The notes: generated by a model not told the origin, from the letters alone. A stretch of 43,840 nucleotides of DNA from an uncultured Carnobacteriaceae bacterium (GCA_964555455.1 CAZKSU010000001.1:1-43840); one strand, 5' to 3'. Shown: positions 20,357 to 30,196, counted from the first letter of the stretch. Translations and numbers: made by a program.

Positions 20357-20401
20357 TGGTATACTAAAGGAGTACGTTAGCTACACGGGAACAAATGTTT
20401 T
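20357..20401 (+). promoter_or_regulatory. parE extended -10 promoter with a downstream LexA (SOS/Cheo) box
   Basis: TGgTATACT at 20357-20365; gGAACAAATGTTTt at 20388-20401 fits GAAC-N4-GTTY. Confidence 0.65.
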
Positions 20402-20441
20402 ATTGCTCAAGAATTAGATTTGTAGAAGGAGTGCAAGAATT

Positions 20442-22436
20442 ATGGCACAACAAGAATACTCAGATTCCTCTATTCAAATTTTAGAAGGATTGGATGCGGT
20501 TAGAAAGCGTCCAGGAATGTATATAGGTTCCACAGACTCTCGCGGTCTGCATCACCTTGTTTATGAGATTGTAGATAATTCAGTCGATGAGGTGCTTGCA
20601 GGTCATGGAGATAAAATTAAATTAACGATTCATGAAGACAACAGTGTGAGTGTACAAGATAACGGGCGAGGCATGCCTACAGGAATGCACGAATCGGGCA
20701 TCCCGACCTTACAAGTTATTTTTACGATCTTACATGCCGGCGGAAAATTCAGTGAAGAAGGCGGCTATAAAACATCCGGCGGCCTGCACGGAGTCGGGGC
20801 CGCTGTTGTTAATGCGTTATCGGAATGGCTAGTTGTCACTGTGCAGCGTGACGGTTATGAATATGTTCAAAAATTTAAAAACGGCGGAAAACCTGATGGG
20901 GATGTTAAGCGTTCAAAAATTAAAAGCAAAGCTTCAGGCACCACCATTCATTTTAAACCAGATCCGGAAATATTCAGCAACACCGATATATCCTTTGATA
21001 CCTTATCGGAGCGTATGCGTGAATCAGCTTTCTTATTGAAGAAACTTCATATCCAGCTTGTAGATGAGCGTGAAGAAGATTTAGAAGAAGTTTATTATTA
21101 TGAAGACGGCATCAAGTCGTTTGTCGAGTATTTGAATGAAGATAAGGATACGCTGACGCCAATCGGTTATTTTGAAGGGAAAAGCAATGAAATAGAAGTT
21201 GAGTTCGCTTTCCAATATAACGATGGGTACACAGAAAACTTTTTGAGCTTCGTAAATAATGTGCGCACACGTGATGCGGGTACGCATGAAACAGGTGCGA
21301 AAACGGCTTTGACAAAGACGTTTAATGAATATGCAAGAAGTCAGGAGCTATTAAAAGAAAAAGAGAAAAACTTAGAAGGCTCTGACATCCGTGAAGGAAT
21401 TGCGGTTATTTTATCCGTACGCATCCCTGAGCATTTATTGCAGTTTGAAGGACAAACCAAAAACAAATTAGGAACAGCCGAAGCGCGTGCTGCCGTTGAC
21501 GCGGTAGTTTCCGAGAATTTAGGCTTCTTTTTAGCTGAAAACGGCGATGTCTCTCAGCAAATTGTCCGGAAAGCAATCAAAGCGCGTGAAGCGCGTGAAG
21601 CAGCGCGTAAAGCGAAAAATGCCACAAGAGACAGCAAGTCGCAAAGACAGCGGGATGCTTTAATTTCCGATAAACTGACCCCTGCTCAAGGGCGAAATGC
21701 CAAGAGAAATGAATTGTACCTCGTTGAGGGGAATTCAGCAGGAGGATCCGCTAAGCAAGGACGCGACCGGACTTTCCAAGCGATTTTGCCGCTTCGAGGC
21801 AAGGTCATCAACACTGAAAAAGCTTCGATCACCGATATTTTCAAAAATGAAGAAATTGCGACAATGATTTATACAATTGGCGCCGGTGTCGGACCCGAAT
21901 TCGACTTAAAAGACTGCAACTATGACAAAGTAATCATTATGACGGATGCGGATACAGATGGTGCCCACATCCAAACGCTGCTGTTGACTTTCTTTTACCG
22001 CTATATGCGTCCTTTAATTGATGCTGGAAAAGTTTACCTCGCGCAGCCTCCACTGTATAAAATTACTTCAGGAAGCGGGAAAAAACGCCAATCTCAATAT
22101 GCATGGACAGATGAAGAGTTAGAAGGAGTGACTAAAGGTCTGAAAAACTATCACCTTCAGCGCTACAAAGGTTTAGGTGAAATGAACGCCGACCAGCTGT
22201 GGGAAACGACGATGGATCCAGAAAAGCGGACGTTAATCCAAGTCACTATTGATGATGAAGCGCAAGCTGAACGCCGAGTATCTGTGCTAATGGGCTCAAA
22301 GGTTGCCCCGCGCCGTGAATGGCTAGAAGAAAACGTGGAGTTTACCATGGGCGAAGAAGGCAGCATTTTGGAAACAGAAGAAGTTTTAGAAGAACATGAA
22401 GAAGAACCATTAAGTCAAGAAAGGTTAGATGCCTAA
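20442..22436 (+). CDS. parE: DNA topoisomerase IV subunit B
   Basis: VRKRPGMYIGSTD, YKTSGGLHGVGA, PLRGK, MTDADTDG and RYKGLGEM; plsY-parE-parC synteny. Confidence 0.97.
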   Translation: MAQQEYSDSSIQILEGLDAVRKRPGMYIGSTDSRGLHHLVYEIVDNSVDEVLAGHGDKIKLTIHEDNSVSVQDNGRGMPTGMHESGIPTLQVIFTILHAGGKFSEEGGYKTSGGLHGVGAAVVNALSEWLVVTVQRDGYEYVQKFKNGGKPDGDVKRSKIKSKASGTTIHFKPDPEIFSNTDISFDTLSERMRESAFLLKKLHIQLVDEREEDLEEVYYYEDGIKSFVEYLNEDKDTLTPIGYFEGKSNEIEVEFAFQYNDGYTENFLSFVNNVRTRDAGTHETGAKTALTKTFNEYARSQELLKEKEKNLEGSDIREGIAVILSVRIPEHLLQFEGQTKNKLGTAEARAAVDAVVSENLGFFLAENGDVSQQIVRKAIKAREAREAARKAKNATRDSKSQRQRDALISDKLTPAQGRNAKRNELYLVEGNSAGGSAKQGRDRTFQAILPLRGKVINTEKASITDIFKNEEIATMIYTIGAGVGPEFDLKDCNYDKVIIMTDADTDGAHIQTLLLTFFYRYMRPLIDAGKVYLAQPPLYKITSGSGKKRQSQYAWTDEELEGVTKGLKNYHLQRYKGLGEMNADQLWETTMDPEKRTLIQVTIDDEAQAERRVSVLMGSKVAPRREWLEENVEFTMGEEGSILETEEVLEEHEEEPLSQERLDA

Positions 22437-24913
22437 TGGCAGAGAATACTGGAGTACAAAAAATTACACTAGAAAATATAATGGGGGACCGTTTCGGACG
22501 GTACTCGAAATACATTATTCAAGAAAGAGCCATCCCGGATATCCGCGATGGGCTGAAACCGGTACAGCGCCGCATTATTTATGCGATGTCTCAAGAAAAT
22601 AATACTTACGACAAAGGGTACCGTAAAGCAGCCAAAACAGTAGGGAATGTAATTGGTAACTACCATCCGCACGGCGATACTTCTGTATATGATGCTATGG
22701 TGCGCCTCAGCCAGGAATGGAAAATGCGCATGCCATTAGTTGATATGCAAGGAAATAATGGGAGCATGGACGGAGATCCAGCTGCCGCGATGCGTTATAC
22801 TGAAGCGCGCTTATCAAAAATTGCCGATGAGCTGGTCAAAGATTTGCCTTACGACACTGTAGATTATGTCTTAAACTTTGATGACACTGACGAGGAACCG
22901 ACTGTTTTACCTGCACGTTATCCCAATCTCCTGGTCAATGGAGCAACAGGGATTTCTTCGGGTTACGCAACGGACATCCCGCCGCACAATTTAGGCGAAG
23001 TGATTGATGCTACGATTCATCTGATCAAGCATCCAAAGGCTACGTTTAAGCAATTGATGAAGTATGTAAAAGGGCCGGATTTCCCAACAGGCGGAATTGT
23101 TCAGGGAGCAGAAGGCTTAGAGAAGGCCTATAAGACAGGAAAAGGGCGTATTATTATCCGCTCGAAAACGGAGATTGAAAAGCTTCGCGGCGGCCGTGAG
23201 CAGATCGTGATTACCGAGATTCCATATGACGTGAACAAAAGCAATCTTTACCGGCAAATGCACGATATCCGCATCAATAAAAAAATTGACGGCATTGCGG
23301 ATGTCCGCGATGAAACAGACCGTGACGGAGTCCGTATGGTAATTGAGCTGCGAAAAAATGTGAATGCGGATGGCATACTGACGTATTTATTGAAAAATAC
23401 CGATCTGCAAGTGTCTTATAATTTTAACGTCGTTACGATTGATGACAAACAGCCTAAACAGCTGGGATTGAAAGAAATCTTAGAAAGCTATTTAGCCTTT
23501 AGACGCGAAGTTATTCGACGCCGTACACAAAACTTGTTAGAGAAAGACCAAAGCAGAGAGCATATTGTCCAAGGGTTAATTAAAGCCATCTCTATTTTGG
23601 ATGAAGTCATTGCAGTGATTCGCGAAAGTAAAAACAAATCACACGCAAAGGTCAACTTAATTAATGATTTTGAGTTTAGCGAAAAACAGGCGGAAGCGAT
23701 CGTGAATCTCCAATTATACCGTTTGACGAATACAGACATTACTGAACTGCAAAGCGAAGCGGCTGACCTGGAGAAACGAATCAAAGAATATAATGCGATA
23801 TTAGGTTCTGAGAAAAAATTAGACAAAGTGATTGAAAAAGAATTGCTTGAAATGAAAAAAGACTATTCCACTCCTCGATTGACTCAAATTGAAGATGAAA
23901 TTGAAGAATTAAAAGTTGAAAAAGAAGTCTTGGTCTCTGAAGAAGAAGTGATTGTGACCGTAACAAAAGAAGGGTACATCAAACGTACCAGCTCAAGATC
24001 CTATGCTTCATCGGATCCGAATGATATCGGAATTCGAGCGGGAGATAAGGTCATCTATGCTAAACGGATGTCTACATTGGATCAGCTAGTACTCTTTACA
24101 AATAAAGGGAATGTGATCAATCGTCCGATTCATGAGCTGCCGGACATCCGCTGGAAGGATGCGGGTCAGCATCTGTCTCAAGACATGAACCTTGAAGCGG
24201 ACGAAGATATTGTAGCGGTGTATGGGTATAGAAAGTTGCCCAAAGACCGGAATTTTGTCTTCATCACTAAGGAAGGTTATATTAAGCAAACGGCAGTCCC
24301 TAACTTTAAGCATAAAAGGAATTATCGTTCTTCCAGCTCAGTAGCAATAAAACTGCAAAATGATGCGGATGCTTTATTGGGTGTCTATGAAGTAAATGAA
24401 GACTCCTCTGATGATGTCTTCTTAGTCAGCCGCCGGGGTTATGGCTTACGTTACCCACTAGCAGAAGTGTCAACTTTCGGGCCAAATGCTAAAGGAGTAA
24501 AATCAATTAACTTGAAAGAAGGAGATTCAGTTGTTGCTGGACTGATTGTAGATAATGATTCACCAGACAATTTAGCAATGATTGTGACGCAGCGCGGAGC
24601 AGTTAAGAAAATGAACCTTACAGACTTTGATGTCATCTCTCGAGCAAAACGCGGTTTACTTGTTCTCAGAGAATTAAAGGCAAATCCGCACCGAATGCGC
24701 TTATTGATTGAAGTTGAAGACAATGATGAGTCAATTTCTATTCTTACAGATGAAAATAAAATCTTTACCCTTAAACCAAAAAATTACAATATAAGTGACC
24801 GCTATAGCAACGGTTCCTTTTTATTCGATGAACATACAGACGGGCAACCGATTGATTATCGTCGGGATGATCTCTTGTTTGAAGAAAATAAAGAAGAAAT
24901 CACAGAAGAATAA
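22436..24913 (+). CDS. parC: DNA topoisomerase IV subunit A
   Basis: RFGRYSKYIIQERA, YHPHGD, AAMRYTEARL (catalytic Tyr) and beta-pinwheel CTD; TAATG overlap with parE. Confidence 0.97.
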   Translation: MAENTGVQKITLENIMGDRFGRYSKYIIQERAIPDIRDGLKPVQRRIIYAMSQENNTYDKGYRKAAKTVGNVIGNYHPHGDTSVYDAMVRLSQEWKMRMPLVDMQGNNGSMDGDPAAAMRYTEARLSKIADELVKDLPYDTVDYVLNFDDTDEEPTVLPARYPNLLVNGATGISSGYATDIPPHNLGEVIDATIHLIKHPKATFKQLMKYVKGPDFPTGGIVQGAEGLEKAYKTGKGRIIIRSKTEIEKLRGGREQIVITEIPYDVNKSNLYRQMHDIRINKKIDGIADVRDETDRDGVRMVIELRKNVNADGILTYLLKNTDLQVSYNFNVVTIDDKQPKQLGLKEILESYLAFRREVIRRRTQNLLEKDQSREHIVQGLIKAISILDEVIAVIRESKNKSHAKVNLINDFEFSEKQAEAIVNLQLYRLTNTDITELQSEAADLEKRIKEYNAILGSEKKLDKVIEKELLEMKKDYSTPRLTQIEDEIEELKVEKEVLVSEEEVIVTVTKEGYIKRTSSRSYASSDPNDIGIRAGDKVIYAKRMSTLDQLVLFTNKGNVINRPIHELPDIRWKDAGQHLSQDMNLEADEDIVAVYGYRKLPKDRNFVFITKEGYIKQTAVPNFKHKRNYRSSSSVAIKLQNDADALLGVYEVNEDSSDDVFLVSRRGYGLRYPLAEVSTFGPNAKGVKSINLKEGDSVVAGLIVDNDSPDNLAMIVTQRGAVKKMNLTDFDVISRAKRGLLVLRELKANPHRMRLLIEVEDNDESISILTDENKIFTLKPKNYNISDRYSNGSFLFDEHTDGQPIDYRRDDLLFEENKEEITEE

Positions 24914-24920
24914 GTTGGTT

Positions 24921-24952
24921 AAACAGGGACCTTTGTCCCTGTTTCTTTTTTT
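24921..24952 (+). terminator. Terminator after parC
   Basis: aaacagggac-cttt-gtccctgttt followed by a T run. Confidence 0.85.
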
Positions 24953-25035
24953 CATACATCGTATGAAAAGAGCAGTGTGACAGATACTCCATTAAGGCAT
25001 AAAAAATAGTTCCAACTTTTTATAAGAATCTTCTC

Positions 25036-25074
25036 ACTCTCTGGTAAAAAAATACTAGAGAGTTTTTATTTTTT
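25036..25074 (+). terminator. Second terminator-like hairpin upstream of usp
   Basis: actctctggta/tactagagagt stem followed by a T-rich tract. Confidence 0.5.
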
Positions 25075-25090
25075 AAAAAATAAGGTATAC

Positions 25091-25115
25091 TATAATAGAT
25101 AGGAATGCGCTTACA
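25091..25115 (+). promoter_or_regulatory. usp -10 box with a CRE site at the predicted start of transcription
   Basis: TATAAT at 25091-25096; GGAATGCGCTTACA at 25102-25115 (reverse complement TGTAAGCGCATTCC) matches cre. Confidence 0.65.
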
Positions 25116-25142
25116 CAATGTAGAGAGAAAGGACTGGCCATA

Positions 25143-25544
25143 ATGGGAGCAATTTATCAAAATATTCTCATCGCAGTGGATGGTTCACAACAATCGATTG
25201 ATGCCTTTAAGACAGCCGTTCAGGAAATAAAATCGTGGAATAGCTCGAATATCTACTTAGTTCAGGTCATCTCTGAAAACAGCACCGGCAAAATGATTGA
25301 AGAGAGACTTTCTTTTTTAAATGCTTTAGAAAAATACGCCAGAAATGAAGGGGTCGTCGTTCATAAAGAAGTGATTCACGGAGACCCGCGCACGCAGATT
25401 GCACAGGAATTAGTCAACCGCTGGGGAATTGACTTAGTGATTATGGGAGCCACAGGTAAGGGAAGAGTGGCAAAGATGGTGCTGGGATCGGTTACCACTT
25501 ATGTCTTACAAAATGCCTTATGCGATGTGTTAGTTTCTCGTTAA
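25143..25544 (+). CDS. Universal stress protein (UspA family)
   Basis: YQNILIAVDGS, GDPR..I and DLVIMGATG........LGSV...V...A.CDVLV. Confidence 0.92.
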   Translation: MGAIYQNILIAVDGSQQSIDAFKTAVQEIKSWNSSNIYLVQVISENSTGKMIEERLSFLNALEKYARNEGVVVHKEVIHGDPRTQIAQELVNRWGIDLVIMGATGKGRVAKMVLGSVTTYVLQNALCDVLVSR

Positions 25545-25551
25545 CTTTTTC

Positions 25552-25617
25552 TTGACTATGGTTCAGGAAGCGACTATATTTAGATAAGCAATAAACCACT
25601 GCCTTGGCAGTGGTTTA
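25552..25617 (+). promoter_or_regulatory. Promoter of the ABC exporter followed by a perfect 26-bp palindrome
   Basis: TTGACT-17 nt-TATATT (25552-25580); TAAACCACTGCC-tt-GGCAGTGGTTTA (25592-25617). Confidence 0.65.
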
Positions 25618-25642
25618 ATTTTTTGTAAAAGGAGGTCTTTTG

Positions 25643-27385
25643 ATGTTATATGTTTGGAATTATGTTAAAAGACAAAAGAAATTATTATTTTTAACCATTT
25701 TAGGAGCCATCTTTTTTGTTCTTGTAAACTTAGGTTTACCAACTATTTTAGCTTTTATTATTAATGAAGTCATTATTAACCAAGATACAGAATTCTTTTA
25801 TTTTCTTATACTCATTATGACGATTATTATCATCCTGGGTTTATTAGGAAATATTTTGTTGAGCTATGCTTCCAGCCGCTTAACAAATGAAATGACGAGG
25901 GAAATCCGCGATGATTTGTACAGTAAAATCAATGATTTTTCACATGAAGAATATGAAAAAATCGGTGTCTCTTCCTTAGTGACACGAATCACCAACGATG
26001 CTTTTGTCATTTTACAATTTGTGGAGATGGTGCTGAGAATCGGTTTTAACGCGCCTTTAATGTTTATAGGAAGTATCTTTTTAATTATTCAAACGAGCCC
26101 CTCTCTCTCCTGGATACTTGCGGCTGCTTTGCCCGTTATTGTCCTTGTGATTTACTGGATCGCCAGACAATCGGGCCCTTTATCGGATAAAACACAAAAG
26201 CTGCTCGATCAGTTAAATACATTTTCTAGAGAAAACTTAACGGGCTTACGTGTCATCCGTGCCTTTACTCGGGAAAAATACCAAGAAGAGAAATTTGCCG
26301 TTGCTAATAACGAGTACATGAATACCGCTCAATCTCTACATAAATTGATGGGCACGGCTATGCCATTATTTTCTCATATTATGGCACTTGTCATTGTCTT
26401 TATCTTTTTATTCTCTATTGGAGAAATTGAAGCAGGCTCTATGCAAGTCGGAACTCTTGTTGCTTTTGTGGAATATGCTTTCCATGCTTTGTTTTCTGTT
26501 CTGATGTTTTCTCAAATCTTTATGATGTACCCGCGCGCAAATGTTTCGGCAAGACGTCTGCAGGAAATCCAGGAGATGCCGATTTCTATAACGAATAAAG
26601 AAAATGGCGTAAGAGAAACAGAGACTCACGGATATATCGAATTCAATGAAGTTTCTTTTGCTTATCCTGGTGAAACCGAAAGCCCGGTGCTTCATGATAT
26701 CAACTTTAAAGCATCACCGGGTGAGACAATAGCCTTTATAGGCTCAACAGGCAGCGGAAAATCAACCATGCTTCAATTAATTCCGCGGTTTTATGATGTC
26801 ACTTTTGGAAGAATCAAAATAGATGGCGTCGATGTTCGTGATTATGATTTGGATGCTTTGCGTGCAAAAATAGGCTTTATTCCCCAAAAAGCATTACTTT
26901 TTTCCGGAACGATAGGCGATAATTTGCGATTTGGTAAAGAAGAGGCGACAGATCCCGAATTAGATTTTGCTTCGGATATTGCCCAGGCGCGCGAATTTAT
27001 TGAACGTATGGACAGAAAGTATCACGCTTATCTCAGTGAAGGCGGAAGCAATCTGTCAGGAGGGCAAAAACAACGATTGTCTATTGCACGTGCGATTGTC
27101 AAACAGCCAGACATTTACATCTTTGACGACAGCTTCTCCGCTTTGGATTACAGAACAGATGCTGAAGTCCGCCGTCGTTTGAAAGAGATAACAGGGGACG
27201 CTACCGTCATTATTGTCGCTCAGCGTATCGCAAGCATTCAAAATGCCGACCAGATCTTTGTGCTGGAAGAAGGCAAGATTGCCGATCGAGGCACACATGA
27301 GGAATTGCTGCAGACAAGCCAGATTTACCAGGAAATTGCACAGTCTCAACTAAAAGAAGAACAGGAGGACATCGACCATGTATAA
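25643..27385 (+). CDS. Heterodimeric ABC multidrug exporter, degenerate-site half (EfrA/PatA-like)
   Basis: TMD plus NBD; GSTGSGKST, LSGGQKQR, non-canonical Walker B IFDD and VAQR switch. Confidence 0.88.
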   Translation: MLYVWNYVKRQKKLLFLTILGAIFFVLVNLGLPTILAFIINEVIINQDTEFFYFLILIMTIIIILGLLGNILLSYASSRLTNEMTREIRDDLYSKINDFSHEEYEKIGVSSLVTRITNDAFVILQFVEMVLRIGFNAPLMFIGSIFLIIQTSPSLSWILAAALPVIVLVIYWIARQSGPLSDKTQKLLDQLNTFSRENLTGLRVIRAFTREKYQEEKFAVANNEYMNTAQSLHKLMGTAMPLFSHIMALVIVFIFLFSIGEIEAGSMQVGTLVAFVEYAFHALFSVLMFSQIFMMYPRANVSARRLQEIQEMPISITNKENGVRETETHGYIEFNEVSFAYPGETESPVLHDINFKASPGETIAFIGSTGSGKSTMLQLIPRFYDVTFGRIKIDGVDVRDYDLDALRAKIGFIPQKALLFSGTIGDNLRFGKEEATDPELDFASDIAQAREFIERMDRKYHAYLSEGGSNLSGGQKQRLSIARAIVKQPDIYIFDDSFSALDYRTDAEVRRRLKEITGDATVIIVAQRIASIQNADQIFVLEEGKIADRGTHEELLQTSQIYQEIAQSQLKEEQEDIDHV

Positions 27386-29168
27386 ACAGCCACTAGAAGA
27401 AAATACCTCTATTTATTCGAGTTTCCTCCGCATTTGGCCTTACTTGAGGCAATATAAAGCCCGTCTGTTCGGGGCCTTGTTCTTAGTTGTCCTCCAAGTC
27501 GTTTCCAATGTGTTAGAACCCTTTATTTTTGGATTGATCATTACAGAAATAACGGCGAATGTGTTAGATATGCTGAATAACGTACCTGGCGCAGAGCTGA
27601 ATTACAGCTATATTTATACGATGCTTGCCATTTACTTTATACGAGGAGTCATCGGCCAGTTAGCCACTTACGGCTCGACCTATTTTATGACAGAAGCTGT
27701 TCAGCAAATGACTTACGATTTAAGAACAACCATCTCCAACAAGTTGAATCGGCTGCCGGTCTCTTATTTCGACCAACACCAATTTGGCGATATATTAAAC
27801 CGGATCACGAATGACATTGATACCATCTCAAATGCGTTTCAGATGTCAATTCTGCAGGTTTTTAATGCAATTTTGCAGCTTTTATTAGTGATACTGACGA
27901 TGCTGTTGATCCAATGGCAATTCGCTTTAATTATGCTTGTCGTTATACCCCTATCTGGTCTCATTGCGAAAGTGATGATTAGTAGATCACAGCCTCACTT
28001 CAAAGAGCAAGCTGATGTCTTAGGGCGTATGAATGGCTTTGTTCAAGAGAACCTTACGGGCTTTAATGAAATCAAGCTGTACGGCCGTGAACAGCAGTCC
28101 AATGAAGAGTTCCATACGATTACGAAACAATTAAGTGAAGTAGGCTTTAAGGCGAGTTTTACTTCTGGCTTAATACGTCCGCTCATTACATTTGTCTCAC
28201 ATAGTGCCTATGTGGCTATTGCCTTTTTCGGCGGCTTGCTTACGCTAAGTGGACAAATGACGATCGGTAATTTACAGGCCTTTACCCAATATGTCTGGCA
28301 AATCAATCAGCCGATGCAGATGCTTTCACAATTAACGGGTCTGATCCAAAGCGCTTCAGCAGCCATTAATCGAGTATTTGAAGTGATTGATATGGAAGAT
28401 GAAGAGCAGGCCTTTACTGAGACTTACGAGAAAGAAGTGGTTGGAGCAGTCGCCTTCGAAGAGGTCTCATTCAGCTATACACCGAATAAACCTCTGATTC
28501 AGAATTTCACTGTGGATGTTTCTTCAGGAGAAACGATCGCTATTGTTGGCCCTACAGGAGCAGGGAAGACAACGATGATTAACTTGCTGATGCGGTTTTA
28601 CGACGTGGACAGCGGGAAGATTATAGTGGATGGCAAAGATATCCGTTCCTTGTCCCGTCAGGAATACCGGTCGCATTTTGGGATGGTTTTACAAGATACG
28701 TGGTTATTTGAAGGGTCGATTAAAGAAAATCTTCAGTTCGGCAACTTAAATGCGACGGAAGAAGAAATTATTGAAGCGGCGAAGGTGGCTAATGTGGACC
28801 ACTTTATCCGCACATTGCCTGGCGGATATGATATGGTGATTAACCAGGAATCTTCAAATATTTCACAGGGCGAAAAACAATTACTGACGATTGCGCGAGC
28901 TCTTCTATCTGATCCAAAAATTTTGATTTTAGATGAGGCGACCAGTTCAGTCGATACCCGCCTGGAACTTCTGATCCAAAAAGCGATGGATCGATTGATG
29001 GAAGGGCGCACAAGTTTTGTCATTGCCCACCGGCTTTCTACGATTCAAGATGCTGACCGCATACTAGTGATGGATAACGGACAAATCATCGAGCAGGGAA
29101 ATCATGAGGAATTGCTTGAAAGAGAAGGCTTTTATTACCACCTTTACCAAAGCCAATTCACAGAATAA
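27378..29168 (+). CDS. Heterodimeric ABC multidrug exporter, consensus-site half (EfrB/PatB-like)
   Basis: TMD plus NBD; GPTGAGKTT, ISQGEKQ, ILDEATSS and IAHRLST; overlaps the partner gene by 8 bp. Confidence 0.88.
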   Translation: MYKQPLEENTSIYSSFLRIWPYLRQYKARLFGALFLVVLQVVSNVLEPFIFGLIITEITANVLDMLNNVPGAELNYSYIYTMLAIYFIRGVIGQLATYGSTYFMTEAVQQMTYDLRTTISNKLNRLPVSYFDQHQFGDILNRITNDIDTISNAFQMSILQVFNAILQLLLVILTMLLIQWQFALIMLVVIPLSGLIAKVMISRSQPHFKEQADVLGRMNGFVQENLTGFNEIKLYGREQQSNEEFHTITKQLSEVGFKASFTSGLIRPLITFVSHSAYVAIAFFGGLLTLSGQMTIGNLQAFTQYVWQINQPMQMLSQLTGLIQSASAAINRVFEVIDMEDEEQAFTETYEKEVVGAVAFEEVSFSYTPNKPLIQNFTVDVSSGETIAIVGPTGAGKTTMINLLMRFYDVDSGKIIVDGKDIRSLSRQEYRSHFGMVLQDTWLFEGSIKENLQFGNLNATEEEIIEAAKVANVDHFIRTLPGGYDMVINQESSNISQGEKQLLTIARALLSDPKILILDEATSSVDTRLELLIQKAMDRLMEGRTSFVIAHRLSTIQDADRILVMDNGQIIEQGNHEELLEREGFYYHLYQSQFTE

Positions 29169-29233
29169 TTATTGCTATAATGGTTAATTTCAATTATTCT
29201 ATAGATAGAGATTTAACAATTAGGAGTGAAAGT

Positions 29234-30196
29234 ATGAGTAAATTATTAGTTTTTGGCCATCAAAAACCCGATACAGATACGATTGCATCAGCTATTGCTA
29301 CTAGCTATTTAATTAACAATCTGTCTACTAGCTCGTTAATCAACGATTTGTCTTATACGGCAGAGCCTGTAGCTTTAGGAAAGCCGAATGCTGAAACCTC
29401 TTATGCATTGGAGTATTTCAAATTAGATGCACCCAGAGTGATTGAAACAGCAGCGGATGAAGTAGACAGTGTGGTGCTTGTCGATCACAATGAGGCGCAG
29501 CAGAGTGTTTCAGATATTAACAAAGTAACAATTAAAGCGGTTATTGACCATCACCGCATTGCGAATTTCCAAACATCAGACCCTTTATACTACCGAGCGG
29601 AGCCGCTGGGCAGTACAGCTACGATTCTTTTAAAATTATTCAGAGAATATGAAGTGGCTATCCCTGCAGATATCGCTGGAATTTTACTTTCAGCAATTAT
29701 TTCAGATACTTTGTTATTAAAATCTCCCACATGTACACCGCAAGATGTCCGAGCCGCTGAAGATCTAGCCGAGATTGCCGGAGTCTCTTTAGGCGAGTAT
29801 GGAATGGCGATGCTTAAAGCGGGCACAGACATTACGGAAAAAACCGCTTCAGAGATTTTGAATGATGATGCCAAAACATTTGAAATGGGTCCGGAAACTG
29901 TCCGTATCGGTCAAGTGAACGTTGTGGATATAGGCGATGTGCTTTACCGAAAAGATGACATCCTAAAAGTTATGCGGGCAGAGACAAGAGAAAATGATTA
30001 TCATTTATATGTGTTAATGGTTACTGATATCATTGAAAATAATTCTGTCGCGATTGTAGACGGCCCAGGCTATCGCCAGTTTGAAATGGCCTTCAATAAA
30101 CCAATTCAGTTAAATACGGTTGAATTAGAGAATGTTGTTTCACGTAAAAAACAAGTGGTTCCGCCATTGACGAAGATATTTACTAAGAATAACTAA
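29234..30196 (+). CDS. ppaC: Manganese-dependent inorganic pyrophosphatase (family II)
   Basis: GHQKPDTD, LVDHNE, IDHHR, ISDTL...SPT and SRKKQ; ATG at 29234 after aggag. Confidence 0.95.
   Translation: MSKLLVFGHQKPDTDTIASAIATSYLINNLSTSSLINDLSYTAEPVALGKPNAETSYALEYFKLDAPRVIETAADEVDSVVLVDHNEAQQSVSDINKVTIKAVIDHHRIANFQTSDPLYYRAEPLGSTATILLKLFREYEVAIPADIAGILLSAIISDTLLLKSPTCTPQDVRAAEDLAEIAGVSLGEYGMAMLKAGTDITEKTASEILNDDAKTFEMGPETVRIGQVNVVDIGDVLYRKDDILKVMRAETRENDYHLYVLMVTDIIENNSVAIVDGPGYRQFEMAFNKPIQLNTVELENVVSRKKQVVPPLTKIFTKNN
29298..29351 (+). repeat. In-frame 27-bp tandem duplication inside ppaC
   Basis: ctactagctatttaattaacaatctgt / ctactagctcgttaatcaacgatttgt, 22 of 27 positions identical. Confidence 0.85.

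Noticed and set aside
27110-27230. Non-canonical Walker B (IFDD) and Q-switch as signs of a broken ABC gene
   Set aside because: This is the normal degenerate site of heterodimeric exporters; the partner gene has the consensus DE and H motifs
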